Below, piece by piece: positions 13,971 to 26,964 of a stretch of DNA of 64,000 nucleotides (positions are counted from its first letter, which is position 1; every line of letters starts with the position of its first letter). Origin of the DNA: Octopus sinensis (Eukaryota); the NCBI RefSeq assembly GCF_006345805.1, contig NC_043000.1:99076001-99140000 (forward strand), read 5' to 3'. The position numbers were made by a program, and so were the translations under genes. A model generated the notes under the pieces. That model was not told the DNA's origin and did not search any database. It was given only the letters and a program-made list of their open reading frames with translations.

Positions 13971-14034
<64 letters not shown>

Positions 14035-14063
14035 GTATATATATATATACATATATATATTTG

Positions 14064-14094
<31 letters not shown>

Positions 14095-14200
14095 TAGATG
14101 TACATACGGATGTACATATGGATGTACATATGTATGCATGTATGTATCTATGTATGTATGTTTGCATGTATGTATATATGTATATGTATATATTCATTCG

Positions 14201-14238
<38 letters not shown>

Positions 14239-14240
14239 AT

Positions 14241-14549
14241 CACGTGATCACGTGACCGACCAGGCTACCAAATGATGCTAAACATCGCTGGTCACACTGC
14301 GCTTTGCATTGTTTTAGCCTTCAAATGACGCCACTGCGCTCGCTAAGTGAGCAGGCCAACAGAAGAAAGAGCGAGAGAAAGATGAGGCGAAAGAGTACAG
14401 CAGGGATCGCCACCATCCCTCGCCCGAACCTCGTGGAACTTTAGGTGTTTTTGCTCAATAAACACTCACAACGCCTGGTCTGGGAATCGAAACCGCGATC
14501 CCACGACCGCAAGTCCGCTGACCTAACCACTGGGCCATTGCGCCTCCAC
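14241..14549 (-). mobile_element. tRNA-derived SINE (family D), full length
   Basis: Minus-strand head gtggaggcgcaatggcccagtggttag...ggtttcgattccc with A- and B-box-like motifs; tail shared with 39237-39353. Confidence 0.85.
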
Positions 14550-14673
14550 ACACACACACACACACATATACACATCTATATATATATATACACTTAGACA
14601 TATTTATGTTTATATGTATGTCTATATCTACATACATATATATAAATGTACTATGTATTTTTGTATACGTATG

Positions 14674-14706
<33 letters not shown>

Positions 14707-15217
14707 ATATAGATAAGAAAGTTTGTTTGGTAAAGCACGTGGGTGAATAGTAAAGAGTGAAAAAACGACAGAAGGCTTAAATGTTAAAAAATATATATAT
14801 TTGTGTCAAAATGTCTGGAGAATATTGGAAAAATTTTTTTCCTTTCCTTAAAATGACATAATTTCATAATTTTTAAAGAAATACCGGTTTCGCGTGTAGC
14901 TTTTCAAATTTCTTGTGACGTTATGTTTATATTGCATGGAGTTATCGTTGTGTTTATTTTCAGGAGATTTCTAAATAAGGGGAGGTAGTGAGTGATTTCT
15001 TTCGGTGTAAGGGAGATAATCGCTTAAACATTTTTTTCCTTTCCCTTGTTAATTTCTCTGTGTCAGTATGTTCGGATGGTTGAGTCTGGGTTTGTATTTT
15101 TCAATGAAGAATGTTTCCTTGTTCAGTCTCATTTGTGTTGATGATCCGAAAGCACATTGGTAAAATGGGAAGATTAAAAATTGTGGCAGTAGTTGCTTTG
15201 CGCATTTCTCAATGTGT

Positions 15218-15278
<61 letters not shown>

Positions 15279-15322
15279 ATATACATACATACAAACATGC
15301 ATACAGACATACATATATATGT

Positions 15323-15473
15323 AAGGAAAACCGAAAATAGAGATAAAATTGATGAATAACAATTGATTTACGCCAATTGTCAGTAATCAATATATTTATT
15401 AATTAAAAGTAAATGATAATTGGTGTAAAGCAATCGTCATTCATCAATTTTATCTCCGTTTTCTTCTTTCCTT
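15323..15473. repeat. Inverted repeat (~60-bp arms, ~30-nt loop)
   Basis: gagataaaattgatgaataacaattgatttacgccaattgtca vs tgataattggtgtaaagcaatcgtcattcatcaattttatctc. Confidence 0.85.
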
Positions 15474-15622
15474 GAATATTGATAAACTTTCGATTATTCT
15501 TGTAATTATCTATCATTTATGAGAATTAATACCAATGCGCATGATCAAATATAGATAATACACCAGTTGATTCATTGGATACAAGTATCCATTAGGCGGT
15601 TAAAACTTCTAACGTCACTCAC

Positions 15623-15722
<100 letters not shown>

Positions 15723-15795
15723 ACGATCGTAGTGTTATACTAATTATCTTTTTTTAATAATTTTGATATATATATATATATAGATGTGTATGTAT

Positions 15796-15920
<125 letters not shown>

Positions 15921-16629
15921 TATGTATGTATGTATTTATTATATGTACATATTTTTATACTATAGGGTTTTACCACTGGATACCATGATGCTTTTAATAT
16001 ATATTTATGTTCGATATTGTGATAATATGGGAATCTTATAAAGTTAGTTTTCACCAATTAGAGCGTTTATTCATTATACCCTTCAATTTGTTTTTCTTTT
16101 CTTTTCCTTTTGTCTCAGTGTTACGTGAGCACTTCTACCTGCAGTCCTATTTTTATTTTTCGGTTTAACGAAATTATAAGATTACATTTATATATATATA
16201 TATATATATATATTCTTTAAGAAGAATAGTTTTGACAATAACTTCCAAGTTTTGGCAAGCTAACCCACCATCGGAGCGCCCGAAGGTGGTTTAGTCGCCA
16301 AATTTCGAAGACACTGTCAAAACTATTTTTGTTGAAAAATTAAATATTTGTACACTCTACCAGATGTGTTGAGGAATCATTTAATGCAATGTAAAATTGT
16401 TTTTATTATAACATAGAAACAACTACTTGTACATACATACATACATGGAAGAAAATGAAGTAAGAAATGGAGGACCGACTAAATAGAAATGTGAATGACA
16501 AATAGATAGAAACGATAAAGGAAAGAATGGCATGTGTGGATTGAAACGAATAGAGTGAAAATTACATATATTTTTAGGCTAAACAGAGTATATATTATTT
16601 GAAATAGCTGAAAGTGTGTGTTTTTTCCT

Positions 16630-16850
16630 ATATAAGCACCAGTAAAAACACATTCTTTATAGGTGTTGACAAGTGTGTGGTTGGGGAAGAAGATAAGTAG
16701 TTGCTCATCCGTACAAAGGTAAAAAGATTTGCCATTATGATAAGGGAACGATTTTGACAAAATTCTCCAGTCTAAAGTAAATAGTTTATTACGGTCTTTG
16801 AGATACCATATTAGTTTGCTAGGACCTGTAGCTTTACATTTACCAATATA
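16630..16850 (-). mobile_element. Inverted copy of the Penelope-like endonuclease 3' end
   Basis: Reverse complement aligns to 19740-19975 (SKLIW.L..., LDWRILSKSFPYHNGK..LCTDEQLLI). Confidence 0.85.
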
Positions 16851-16930
16851 TCCACCATTTGTTTTTATATATTATATATTATAATTTCGTATATTTGTAA
16901 ACATGGCTTATCAGCCATGTTATTTATAAT

Positions 16931-17020
16931 CTCCAATCTGATGAGATTGTTACATTATTCCATCTTATCTTTCCTCCTGGATTAATATTAATATATCCAT
17001 CGAAACATTTATGTCGGTGA
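16931..17020 (+). ncRNA. Type I hammerhead ribozyme motif in the 5' pLTR
   Basis: CTGATGA (16938), long stem II, GAAAC-ATTTAT-GTC (17002-17015), then GGTG; stem I 5' strand is mutated (ccaat). Confidence 0.7.
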
Positions 17021-17209
17021 TATAAATGATTTATATAACATCGTGTGCGTTTGTCTTCGTTTTCCATTTCTCTTATATCCTCCAAACACGTTTCACTTTT
17101 TAGAATTATTACCCATGTATGTGTGGTTACTAATATCTTAAGAGTGTTTATGTGACATTGGCTACTTTGGTAATTATTTCTCCGGATCTGTCCTTGAAAA
17201 TTAAACATA

Positions 17210-17622
17210 GGCGCTGATGTATCTGTGTGGTAAGTAGCTTGCTTACCAATCACATGTTTCCGGGTTCAGTCCCACTGCGGGGCACCTTGGGCAAGTGTCT
17301 TCTACTATAGCCCAGGGCCGACCAAAGCCTTGTCTGTGAATTTGGTAGACGGAAGCTGAAAGAAACCCGTCGTGAATATAAGTATGTGTGTGTGTATCTA
17401 TATATATGTGTGCGTGCGTGTGTCTGTGTTTGTTCCCATACCATTGCTTGAGAACCGATGTTGGTGTGTTTAAGTCCCTGTAAATTAGCGGTTCGGCAAA
17501 AGAGACCGATAGAATAAGTACTACTCTTACAAAGAATAAGTCCTGGGGTCGATTTGTTCGACTAAAAGCAGTGCTCCTGCATGGCTGCAGTCAAATGACT
17601 GAAACAAATAAAAGAGTAAAAG
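17210..17622 (+). mobile_element. SINE family A, full length
   Basis: tgtgtggtaagtagcttgcttaccaa...ccgggttcagtcccactgc...gcagtcaaatgactgaaacaa; multiple copies in the window. Confidence 0.9.
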
Positions 17623-20020
17623 GATGCAAGAATATATATGTATATATATTTGTGTGTGTATATATATATATATATATACACCAGGTTTTTCATTATTAAA
17701 ACTTGCAACTTAGATAGTTACTACAACTGGAGATCTTTAATATAAACGCCTCTTAACGATATAGCAATTCTCCCAAGAAAGGAATTCCTTAAACAACACA
17801 TTGATCATCTCTTTTATTAATCGTGTCTGATGGCAAGGTTTCTTCTTCGATAATAAGCATATTAAGCCGTCTTCTAATGATCAAATTCCTGAATTCATTA
17901 AATTATTCAAATCTAGAAATAATCCTCCTCCTCACCCAAGCTTAAAACAATTTGAAGCAGACCTCTAGTTTATTGTTAAGAACGTTAAATTTCATCGTTC
18001 TCCATTAAGGAATAAACATCTGCAATATCTACATAATATTACCAAGGTCATTAAGAACATGGAAGGTCTACTTGCTCAATCAGATAAAACAGGCAACCTG
18101 TATCACCAAAGCATGGATTATTACCTAACATTACTCAGGAAACAAATATAAGAAATATATAGGGCTACTGGTAAAAATGATATTAGGAAAGCCACCTAGG
18201 AAGCTAAGAAAATTATGGAGAAATATAGCTTACAAATAAACCTCTAAATCCAAAGCAACCCTGTTTTCTTTTCAAGGACCACAAACCTAACTGCTTCAAT
18301 AAACCACCTCCCCGTCTCATCTGTCCTTCTAGCTCCGATATCAGTATACTTAGCAAAAATATTCTTCATATGTACATTCCATTTTTAAAGAAAAAACTTA
18401 AACTTAATTTATGGTCTAATTCATTCCAGGTAGTAGATTGGTTCAATTCTATAGCTAATAAACTAAATACCAAATTTATCCTGTTTGATATATGTTATTG
18501 TTATTCTTCTATTATTACTATCATCCTTAATGAAGCCCTGTGGTTCGCGCGTAATAAATCTGGCCTCACCCGAGATGAAATTAATATAGTTTTAGTGGCT
18601 AGAAAATCTATTATTAAATTTGATTGTAAATTTAGAGTGCGTAAAGATAGACCTGGTTGCTTTGATATCAAAATAAGGCAGCCGATTCCGCCCAGGTCTC
18701 TGATTTGGCCGATATTTATATTCTATCCGAAATAACTGATTAATTCCCTTATGTATTCGGTGGATTATATCGCGACAATAGAATTCTTTACCTCCAAAAT
18801 ATCTTAAATCAAAAATTGCAAAATGTTAAAGATAATCTAGTGAAATTCTTCAGTAATATGGGCTTAAGTATTACTTTTGATGATGAAAGAACAAAAGTTA
18901 ATTTCCTCGACCTTACACTCAACTTAAACACAGCTTTGCATTACCCATACCATATGTCTTCAACCAATATAAAGTATAATTTTTTAGCAATCACCCTAGC
19001 AATCTAGTTAAAATTATTTCACTTAGACTCTCTAAATCATCAGTGAATGTGAACATATTTGATAATAATGCAGTCTTCTATAATTTATCTTTGTCAAAAG
19101 TAGGATATAAGGAGCAAATTAAGTATTACAGCATTCAGGCAATACTTCAAGCATTAATTCCTTGTTTCGAAATAGTCAAAAAGCTAATCAGCGTAAATTT
19201 AAGAATAAACAGTCTAAGGGAGTAACTATACTTCCTCACGCTTTTTCTGTAAAAATAAAAGCAACTCCAAAATTTTAATGAGAAATCTTCATATAAATTG
19301 CATAGCTCTAATAAAGTTATTTGACTTGTTATTCCATATGGTAAACAAATTAAAAGTAATCTTCCTTACCTGTTTCGTAAAGCCATAGAAAGGACTGCCA
19401 CAAAAATTTGACGTGCCATTCTATTCTTAATTCGCATCCTATTAGAATTGGCTTTTGCAGCACTAATAATTTCCTACAGATTATCTCCTCACATAGCATT
19501 TATATTCTTAACAGTAAAAGGGATTCGCTTAATAACTATAACAATAATATCAACAATAATAATAACTCCTTATATAATAATATTAATAGTAATATTACTT
19601 GTAATTGTGATCTAAATCGAACATGTATTCTCAACAGAAACTGCAAGATTAAAAATGTAGTCTACGAATGCAAGGTTACTTCCCAAAGTAAGAACTTCTT
19701 CTATGTTGGCTTTGTTTCACTGAGATAAAAAAAAAAACGAATAGCTAATCATATAAATATATTAGTAAACGTAATACTAGAGGTCTTAGCAAACTAATAT
19801 GGCATCTCAATGACTGTAATGAACAATTTACTTTAGACTGGAGAATTTTATCAAGATCGTTCCCTTATGATAACGGCAAATATTTATGCCCACTTTGTAC
19901 GGATGAACAACTGCTAATCCTGTTTTCCAAACACACTTATAAAGAATGTGTTTACACGTGATTACATTGGAAAAAAAATTTGTAAACATGGCTTATTAAT
20001 GACCACTGTTATTTATACTC

Positions 20021-20106
20021 TCCACCCTGATGAGATTGATACATTATTCCACCTTATTTTCCTCTGGATTAATATTAATGTATCCATCGAAACATTTATG
20101 TTGGTG
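20021..20106 (+). ncRNA. Type I hammerhead ribozyme motif in the 3' pLTR
   Basis: Stem I CACC/GGTG, CTGATGA at 20027, stem II gattgatacatta/taatgtatccatc, GAAAC at 20089, stem III ACA/TGT, triplet GTT. Confidence 0.78.
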
Positions 20107-20289
20107 ATATAAATGATTTAAATAACATCTTGTACGTTTGTCACTATTTTATATTTTCCTTATATATATATATACACGCATACTTTTACTTTTCTATCAC
20201 TCTCTCTCTCTCTCAAGAAGTCAGCTTCTCTATTTATATACTTATTTAGTTAACTTTCTCTTCTTTCATTCCAGCTTTCTTCATTGTCT

Positions 20290-20640
20290 CTTTGAAGTAG
20301 TTTCCTTGCATTTCCGCCTATAAAAGAAATAATATGAATCCGTTATTTCTTAAACCGAAAATCTTATTGTTATAATATTTTAAACTCTATATGACCCGAG
20401 AGGTTGCTGATTTTCTTTCATTTAAACTTTAAACTGCTCAAGTAGAGAGAATTCCAGTTTCGTACAAGCATACGATAACTTGACGACATGTAGTGCCGTA
20501 TATCGCTATATCTCAGATATCTTTACATGTAATAAATTTCTTATATGAAAGCAGATTCTGTGTTAGCCTAGTTTTACTTTATTGAAGTACAGAAAGTTTA
20601 CTATTCCCATAAAATCAAGTTTCACATCTATATGTTAATG
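20290..20640 (+). repeat. Unclassified ~300-bp block A, copy 1
   Basis: Aligns with 22640-22990 and 33140-33430 (atgacc...ctttcatttaaacttt...aatttc.catat.aaag...attgaag). Confidence 0.7.
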
Positions 20641-20879
20641 ATACACACAAAATGATACAGAGACTAAGTAACCTATATGTATTAACGTGAATGTTATATA
20701 ATTATTTAATAGTGGTTGTACCTGACATTGCCCGGGTACCGAATTTTTCGAGAGTTTATTTTTTCTTTCCTTAAACTTAATTTACATAATTTGTAGCAAG
20801 TTTAGTTTGTAACATACCGATTAATGAACATAGACTTACAATCTGTTGACAAACACAGAAGCATAAATATATCCAGAAC

Positions 20880-21050
20880 TACTCTCTTTTAATTTCTCTC
20901 ACTAGTTATTTCTGTGTTCCTTTATATTGAAGAGCGTAGGCTCGAAACGTAAAAGACTGTCTCACTTCCCGAGTGTTAAACTAATATATCTGTTGTTTAC
21001 ACGCCCGTCTTCGTCTTTTGTTTTCTTTGTTGTTTTGTAAATTCCAACAA
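20880..21050 (+). mobile_element. Solo pLTR-like repeat of the second Penelope-like family
   Basis: gaagagcgtaggctcgaaacgtaaaagac...ctaata...gtcttcgtcttttg; same sequence terminates the PLE fragment at 37262-38700. Confidence 0.75.
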
Positions 21051-21136
21051 TATATATATGTGTGTGTGTGTGTGTGTGTATGTATATATATAGAGAGAGC
21101 GGAAGCTATATATATATATAAAGAGAGGTGTGTGTG

Positions 21137-21187
<51 letters not shown>

Positions 21188-21212
21188 TATATATATATAT
21201 AATATAATATAT

Positions 21213-21244
<32 letters not shown>

Positions 21245-22160
21245 CATATAATATATGATATATAAGAATCTAACACTTTTGTATACACACATACAACCAC
21301 ATAAGTCTATATATAAATTAATACGTGCTGGTACATGTTAATGCATGTGCATAATGTATAAATATTAAAGTACAAAAACACCTGTATACGCATCAGTTTA
21401 TACACACATGTGCACGCATAAATATACTCACATGTGTCTACATGAATTTATAATCGTATATATATATACACTGGTATGCTAGTGGGGAAACGGTCATAAG
21501 GTATGTCACCTGATGTTTATGGTGTTTTCACGCGGCACAGTTTAAATCTTTTACTGTAGAAAGAGTGGAAATGATAGCATGTTACATCTTAGAGTAGCTA
21601 AGCGCTGAGTGATGGCAGTGGTTTATGAATAAGTGATATGTTTGCCAATAGAATCCACTAGCTATAAATTTATGTATATTCACACGCATGCGTGCGCACA
21701 CAAGCACACCCACACACACATACATACACCCTTATATACATATACATATATACATATACAATTTATCCTGCTTGCATTTAATATATATATCAAACATATA
21801 TATGGGTGCATGTTTGTGTGTGTGTGTGGGTGTGTGTGTTCATGTGTTTGTGTGCGTGTCCGCATGAATACTTGTGTGCACGCGCTTGTTTGTGAGGCAA
21901 AACTTCACGACCAATCTTGGTTTGTTCACAGTCCTGTAACTGAGCAGTCCAGCGAAAAAAAAAGGTGCAATAGATACCAAAGATACTCTGAAGCTGACAT
22001 GGACGTATACAACCCATGAAGGCGGTACTCTACTGTATCCACAGTTCAGTTACTGAAACTAGAAAAATATGAAAGTATGTACATGTTATATGTTTGTGTA
22101 TACATGCAAATACATACATACACATATATGTATACATATATTTATGTATGAATATATACA

Positions 22161-22201
<41 letters not shown>

Positions 22202-22202
22202 A

Positions 22203-22400
22203 TGTTTATGTTCATATTCAGTGGTAATTAAAACAATTTTACAATAATCTGATGGGTATTCTATACTTTTTTAGAGTACAAGTTCTTATACAAAACTATT
22301 GTGGACAGTGACTTCGAAGTTCCGGCCAACTAAACTGATGATGGCTTAGCTGGTCGAAACATCGAAGTCACTTTTAACATTCTTGTATAAGAAAAAAAAA
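22203..22400. repeat. Repeat with an internal foldback containing a hammerhead-like core
   Basis: Flank matches 27843-27965; hairpin 22307-22372 contains CTGATGA-tggcttagctggtc-GAAAC. Confidence 0.7.
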
Positions 22401-22639
22401 AATATATATATATACATATATATATATATATGCATACATATGTATATGTATGTACCTGTGTGTGTGTGCATATTTTCTAACTTAATCTGATTAAATCTCT
22501 CACAAAAACATCTACGTACATACATGCAGATTCACTCTTTTTCCATTTCTGTTTGTCATAGATCTATGTATTTGTTTATCGCCCCTTCTTTGTCCTCTAC
22601 TCCACCCCATACTTCATGCGTTCTATACACAGTACTTTA

Positions 22640-22990
22640 TTACATCTCAATTTATAATAGAAATCAAGTTACCATTCGTTATCGTAAATAACGAAAAGTC
22701 TTACCGTTTTAAATTGTGAATGACCGCTGGCGTTGGTGAATCTCTTTCATTTAAACTTTAAACAGCTTCAATAGAAAGAGATTTTTCAGTTTCAAACAGA
22801 TGCATTGTCTTGATGACAACATTCTCAATAGCACAAATAACTCTGGATGCAATTAATTTCTCATATCAAAGTGGATTCTACATTATACTAGTTTTGCTTT
22901 ATTGAAGCAATAGAATACATATTCTTCTCATAAAAAGTCGCTTCTCGTTGATATGTTAAAAATACGCAGATAATCATGCACAGTGAGTGA
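22640..22990 (+). repeat. Block A, copy 2
   Basis: See 20290-20640. Confidence 0.7.
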
Positions 22991-23209
22991 ATTGGGATAA
23001 GACGGCATATATATTTATCTATCTACAAGATCGTCGTTGGTTAGAATTTTGAAACGGCCTAGTCACTGGTTCATATCGTTTGCGATGGAATGAATGAGTA
23101 CTGAGCATCTCTGCAACCTGAGCGAAACTAATACTGCAAATCTTTGACAAATGTTTACATCCATATTCACCAGCTCCTGCGGTATACATTGTGAGTGAGA
23201 TGCACGAAT

Positions 23210-24660
23210 GCGCGTATCTACAGATTTTTTTTAGTTCAGAGACAGTACTAAAAGTTACAACGTTTAGTATAACAGTACGCCTTTGTAAAGAATGTGATAG
23301 AATACATGACAGGTGTATATGCATATTTCAAGAGTTATTGCTCTTTTATCAGGATCACATCCAACTTTCGACTATCCTCGAACGCATTACTTAAATACCC
23401 AATAGGTTTAGCGGTGTAAATATAGGCGTGGCTGTGTGGCAAGAACCTTGTTTCCCAACCACATGGTTCTGGGTTCTGTCCACTGCGTGGCACCTTAGGC
23501 AAGTGTCTTCTACTATAGACTCAGGCCGACCAAAGCCTTGTGAGTAGATTTGGTAGATGGATACTGAAAGAAGCCCGTCCTTTATTTTTAGATGTATAAA
23601 TTTATGTGTGTGTTTGTGTCTGTGTTAGGCGCCCCCCCCCTACGATCGCTTGACAGCCGATGTTGGTGCGTTTATGTCCCCGTATCTTAGCAGCTCGGAA
23701 AAAGAAACCAATAGAATAAGCACTAGAGTAAGTTCTAGGGTCTATTTATTCAACCCCAAAACCTTTAGGGTGGTGCTCCAGCATGGCTGCCATCAAGTGA
23801 CAAACAAAAAAATAAAAGACTATATATGTATACACACACACACACACACATATATATATATCTATATATATATATATATACATACATACAAACATTTAGC
23901 TATATATTTTTTTAATGTCATATATGTTTGTATGTTTTGTATGTGCATTCTGAGGGTGTTTGTGTGTCAGTGTTAAGTCAGTGTGTTTTGGCATGTGTGT
24001 GCATTTGTGCATGTGCGCGCGCACGCATGCATAAATAAGAAACTGGCTTGTTTTCTGAAATTAAGAAAGCTTTAATTAAACTGATTTATGCTCCAAAGTA
24101 AGTGAAAGAAAGATCAAAGTGCAAGAAGGGGAGCTACAAGTAGCCATTGCTCGAGTAAAAACTTTTGATCCCGATATGAAGAGGTTACTTTAATTAATCT
24201 TTCTGAAGTTAATTAACGTGAAAATACATGTAATACCAAGATCATTAATAGCTGTTATGGAATTCAGCACTAGAGATGTTTTGGTGATATTTTAACTGCT
24301 TCAGCCAAAAGCTAGAATGAAGATAGCGGCAAATGAAATTGAAATTCTCTATTTTAAATACCTTTGGTAGTTTTATTACACACTAATAAGTATAACTACT
24401 ATTCGAAACATTGAACGAATCAATGTTACTAGTGTTATTTAGCTGTAGGTCTAAGAAGCAGTCATTATTTAGCTGTAGGTCTATGAAGCAGTCATCTGGC
24501 AAAAGTCTTCAGACAACCCGTTATATTTTTCTTTCTGTTTCAAATATAATTTGTCTAACATTATTTGTGTTATTCTCTTTTATAAGACTGTAGGTTGTAT
24601 GATTTTAGGAAGTTTAGCTGCTATTTCTAGTAGATTGAGTCTCTATGCTGTTGTCTTCTC
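23210..24660 (+). repeat. Paralogous block B, copy 1 (with a SINE A insertion absent from copy 2)
   Basis: 23210-23400 aligns with 61790-61980, and 24050-24660 with 62120-62690. Confidence 0.8.
23423..23820 (+). mobile_element. SINE family A
   Basis: ggctgtgtggcaagaa...ctgcgtggcaccttaggcaagtgtcttctactatag...gtgctccagcatggc. Confidence 0.9.
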
Positions 24661-24799
24661 CTATGTTGGCGACTTTTGCTGGGATAAACATCGATGACAT
24701 AAGAGATACTTTCAAACGTAAATAACTGTCACTCTGCTTTAAAACAAATCTTGTCGAGGCCCGTACAGACATTTACAGAGGCATGAACAACCCTGACCA

Positions 24800-25650
24800 A
24801 ACGATACTCAACATTTTGATTAAGATAAATTAGTCATTGTTGATCAATAAATCAGTATTTAGGATTTGTTAAAAATAAATTACTATTGCGCACATTATTT
24901 TTAAAATTCTTGTCATCTATTCAAAGATGTAAGGCAGAGCATTTCCAGAGCTTTTCGTATCTTAGCATTGATTGAAGGAACTTCTGATTTGTATTCTTCT
25001 TGATATGGTTTATTCTTTACAGATGAAATCTACATCAGTAATAGCTTGATATATTTCCGATGCTCACCTTGTTGTTTCCTCTCCAACAGTTTCGTCAATA
25101 AATACCCAACCAATTTTCAAATTTTGTCTTTTCTTAACATAGTCAAGGATTCTATCAAATATTTCATTTGTAATAAACTCTGAGTTTTGGCTAACTAGAG
25201 TTCCTGTTCTAATTTTAGCAAATATGCTATTTTAAATAATTTTCGGTTATCTTCTCTAAGTTTTCTTTCCATGACATTGATAGTATATTCAATACAGTAA
25301 GAAGTAAAATTCATTTTGCATTTTCATTTACATCAGACTGGTTTTGAATACCATCGAGTTCCAGATAAAATTATTACCTTCAAATTTCGTATTATATTTT
25401 CATCACATGATAGAACTAACACATGTAGTATTTGATGCAAAATAACTGCGTCTGTGTTATTACTAAATTATTTATTTGCGTCATATCATTTTCAGCTAAC
25501 AAGATATTTTTTCGCTTTAGTTGCATTTAAATAACCAATTACAAAAAATAATTGCTGCTACGCATGCATTTGCATTAGAACAGTAATAAAGAAGTAAATT
25601 TTTTTAACACTCGTATAACCACGGGAATTTTTCTTATTCTCAATCAATAG
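24800..25650 (-). pseudogene. Highly decayed transposase, probably hAT (ZNF862/KIAA1586-like); coding-like sequence may extend to ~26400
   Basis: Ordered minus-strand peptides EKFPWLYEC (~25630), RKLFKIAYLLK (~25240), FITNEIFDRILDYVKK...WVFIDET (~25100) follow the FPWL / LF..AY..K / IDES(T) order of these hAT proteins; many stops. Confidence 0.45.
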
Positions 25651-26760
25651 AAGATTTTATTTCTGTCTTCATAAAAATTCTCTCACTCCGTTGCAGATTT
25701 AAATCTTTTAGAATTTTCATTTTCAAGCAAATAAATTAAGCCAGGGTATTACACGAAAAATAATAGTCGTACATTGTCTGCATATTAAATATTCTAATGC
25801 AAATATTTCATAAGAAATACCTATACTTCAGCTAATAAGATCATCGCTGTTTTCCACACGTTTGTACACAATGTTCACCCACCTATTTCTCGAACCATAA
25901 ATCAGTTGATTTGACCTTTTCTTTAACTAATTCTTCTGCTTTTTATGCATCTGTTGTTCATTAACTAACGAATTCTTTTCGCTAGCATTGACCAGCAAAA
26001 TTTTAAATGCTGGTTTGGACTATCTTCACCATAGTATACTCTCTTACGATCGATGGTCTCTGTAGTGAATTCTGATTTTCAATGCCAGATCTTATATTTT
26101 TAATCTTACAAAATTATGGTTGTGAATTTTTAAAGGAATAATAGCACAGAGCTGACTCGTTTTGGATAACTTGTCATAGCACTCCAAATTTTTCAGTTTT
26201 TCTCGAAGAAAGTAATAGTTATAGATTGTATTCTCTTCTGTTACGCATATATCCATTCTAAATTTATAGGGAAACATAATTTAAATAAATTTGAAAAAAC
26301 ACAATTTCGTTGCTTACTTTTCTTGATGGACTTCACCAAGTAAAACAGAACCATTGGTGGTATCGAGTTGAAAATCTGACGTAAAATGGCTAAAATAAAT
26401 TGTCAATCCTGCTACATTAAATGCCCTTTTATATTTATATAACGCTGGTAAATTTATATTCAAAAATGTCTAATATTAATTTCGTTCTTTATGTCAGTGA
26501 ATGTATTCAACATCAATTTGGGTCACTCATGATTAACTACTTGAAACGCGTTCTTAATTGTGGCACCTTCTAACTAAGTTACCGCCTCATTAACCAAACG
26601 GTTTCATAAATACTTTCGCCTTTTGCATATTACGAGAGCATACTATTACTGTCTGGAAATTTGACGTCAGTCGGTGCCACACCGTCAAAGATAGACATTT
26701 ATTTGAAGCACCGGCACAGTTCATTAATTTCATAATTTATTAATATATATACATATATAC

Positions 26761-26836
<76 letters not shown>

Positions 26837-26964
26837 TTATAGTAAAATCTATTTGCCGACGTAAAGTGACAGCAGCAGTCCTGATTAGAACTATGCTACT
26901 ACCTTTTTTTTCAGCCTCAGGAAAACATCTTTTCCAGGTGGCTACCGATGCACAACTGCATCCT

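Larger units (their letters stand above)
16880..20170 (+). mobile_element. Near-full-length decayed Penelope-like element (pLTR - RT - GIY-YIG - pLTR), interrupted by a SINE
   Basis: Motifs in order: SDKTGNLY (~18080), LNLWSNSFQVVDWFNSIANK..FILFDI, ARKSI, GLYRDN (~18760), VNFLDLTLNL, SNHP, CNC...C..KNVVYECKVT...FYVGF (GIY-YIG), LSKLIWHL. Direct repeats at ~16896-17075 and ~19979-20155. Many stops and frameshifts. Confidence 0.92.

Noticed and set aside
14480-14549. tRNA-like sequences here and at 39075-39145
   Set aside because: They continue into SINE bodies and lack a complete cloverleaf; called as SINE heads, not tRNA genes
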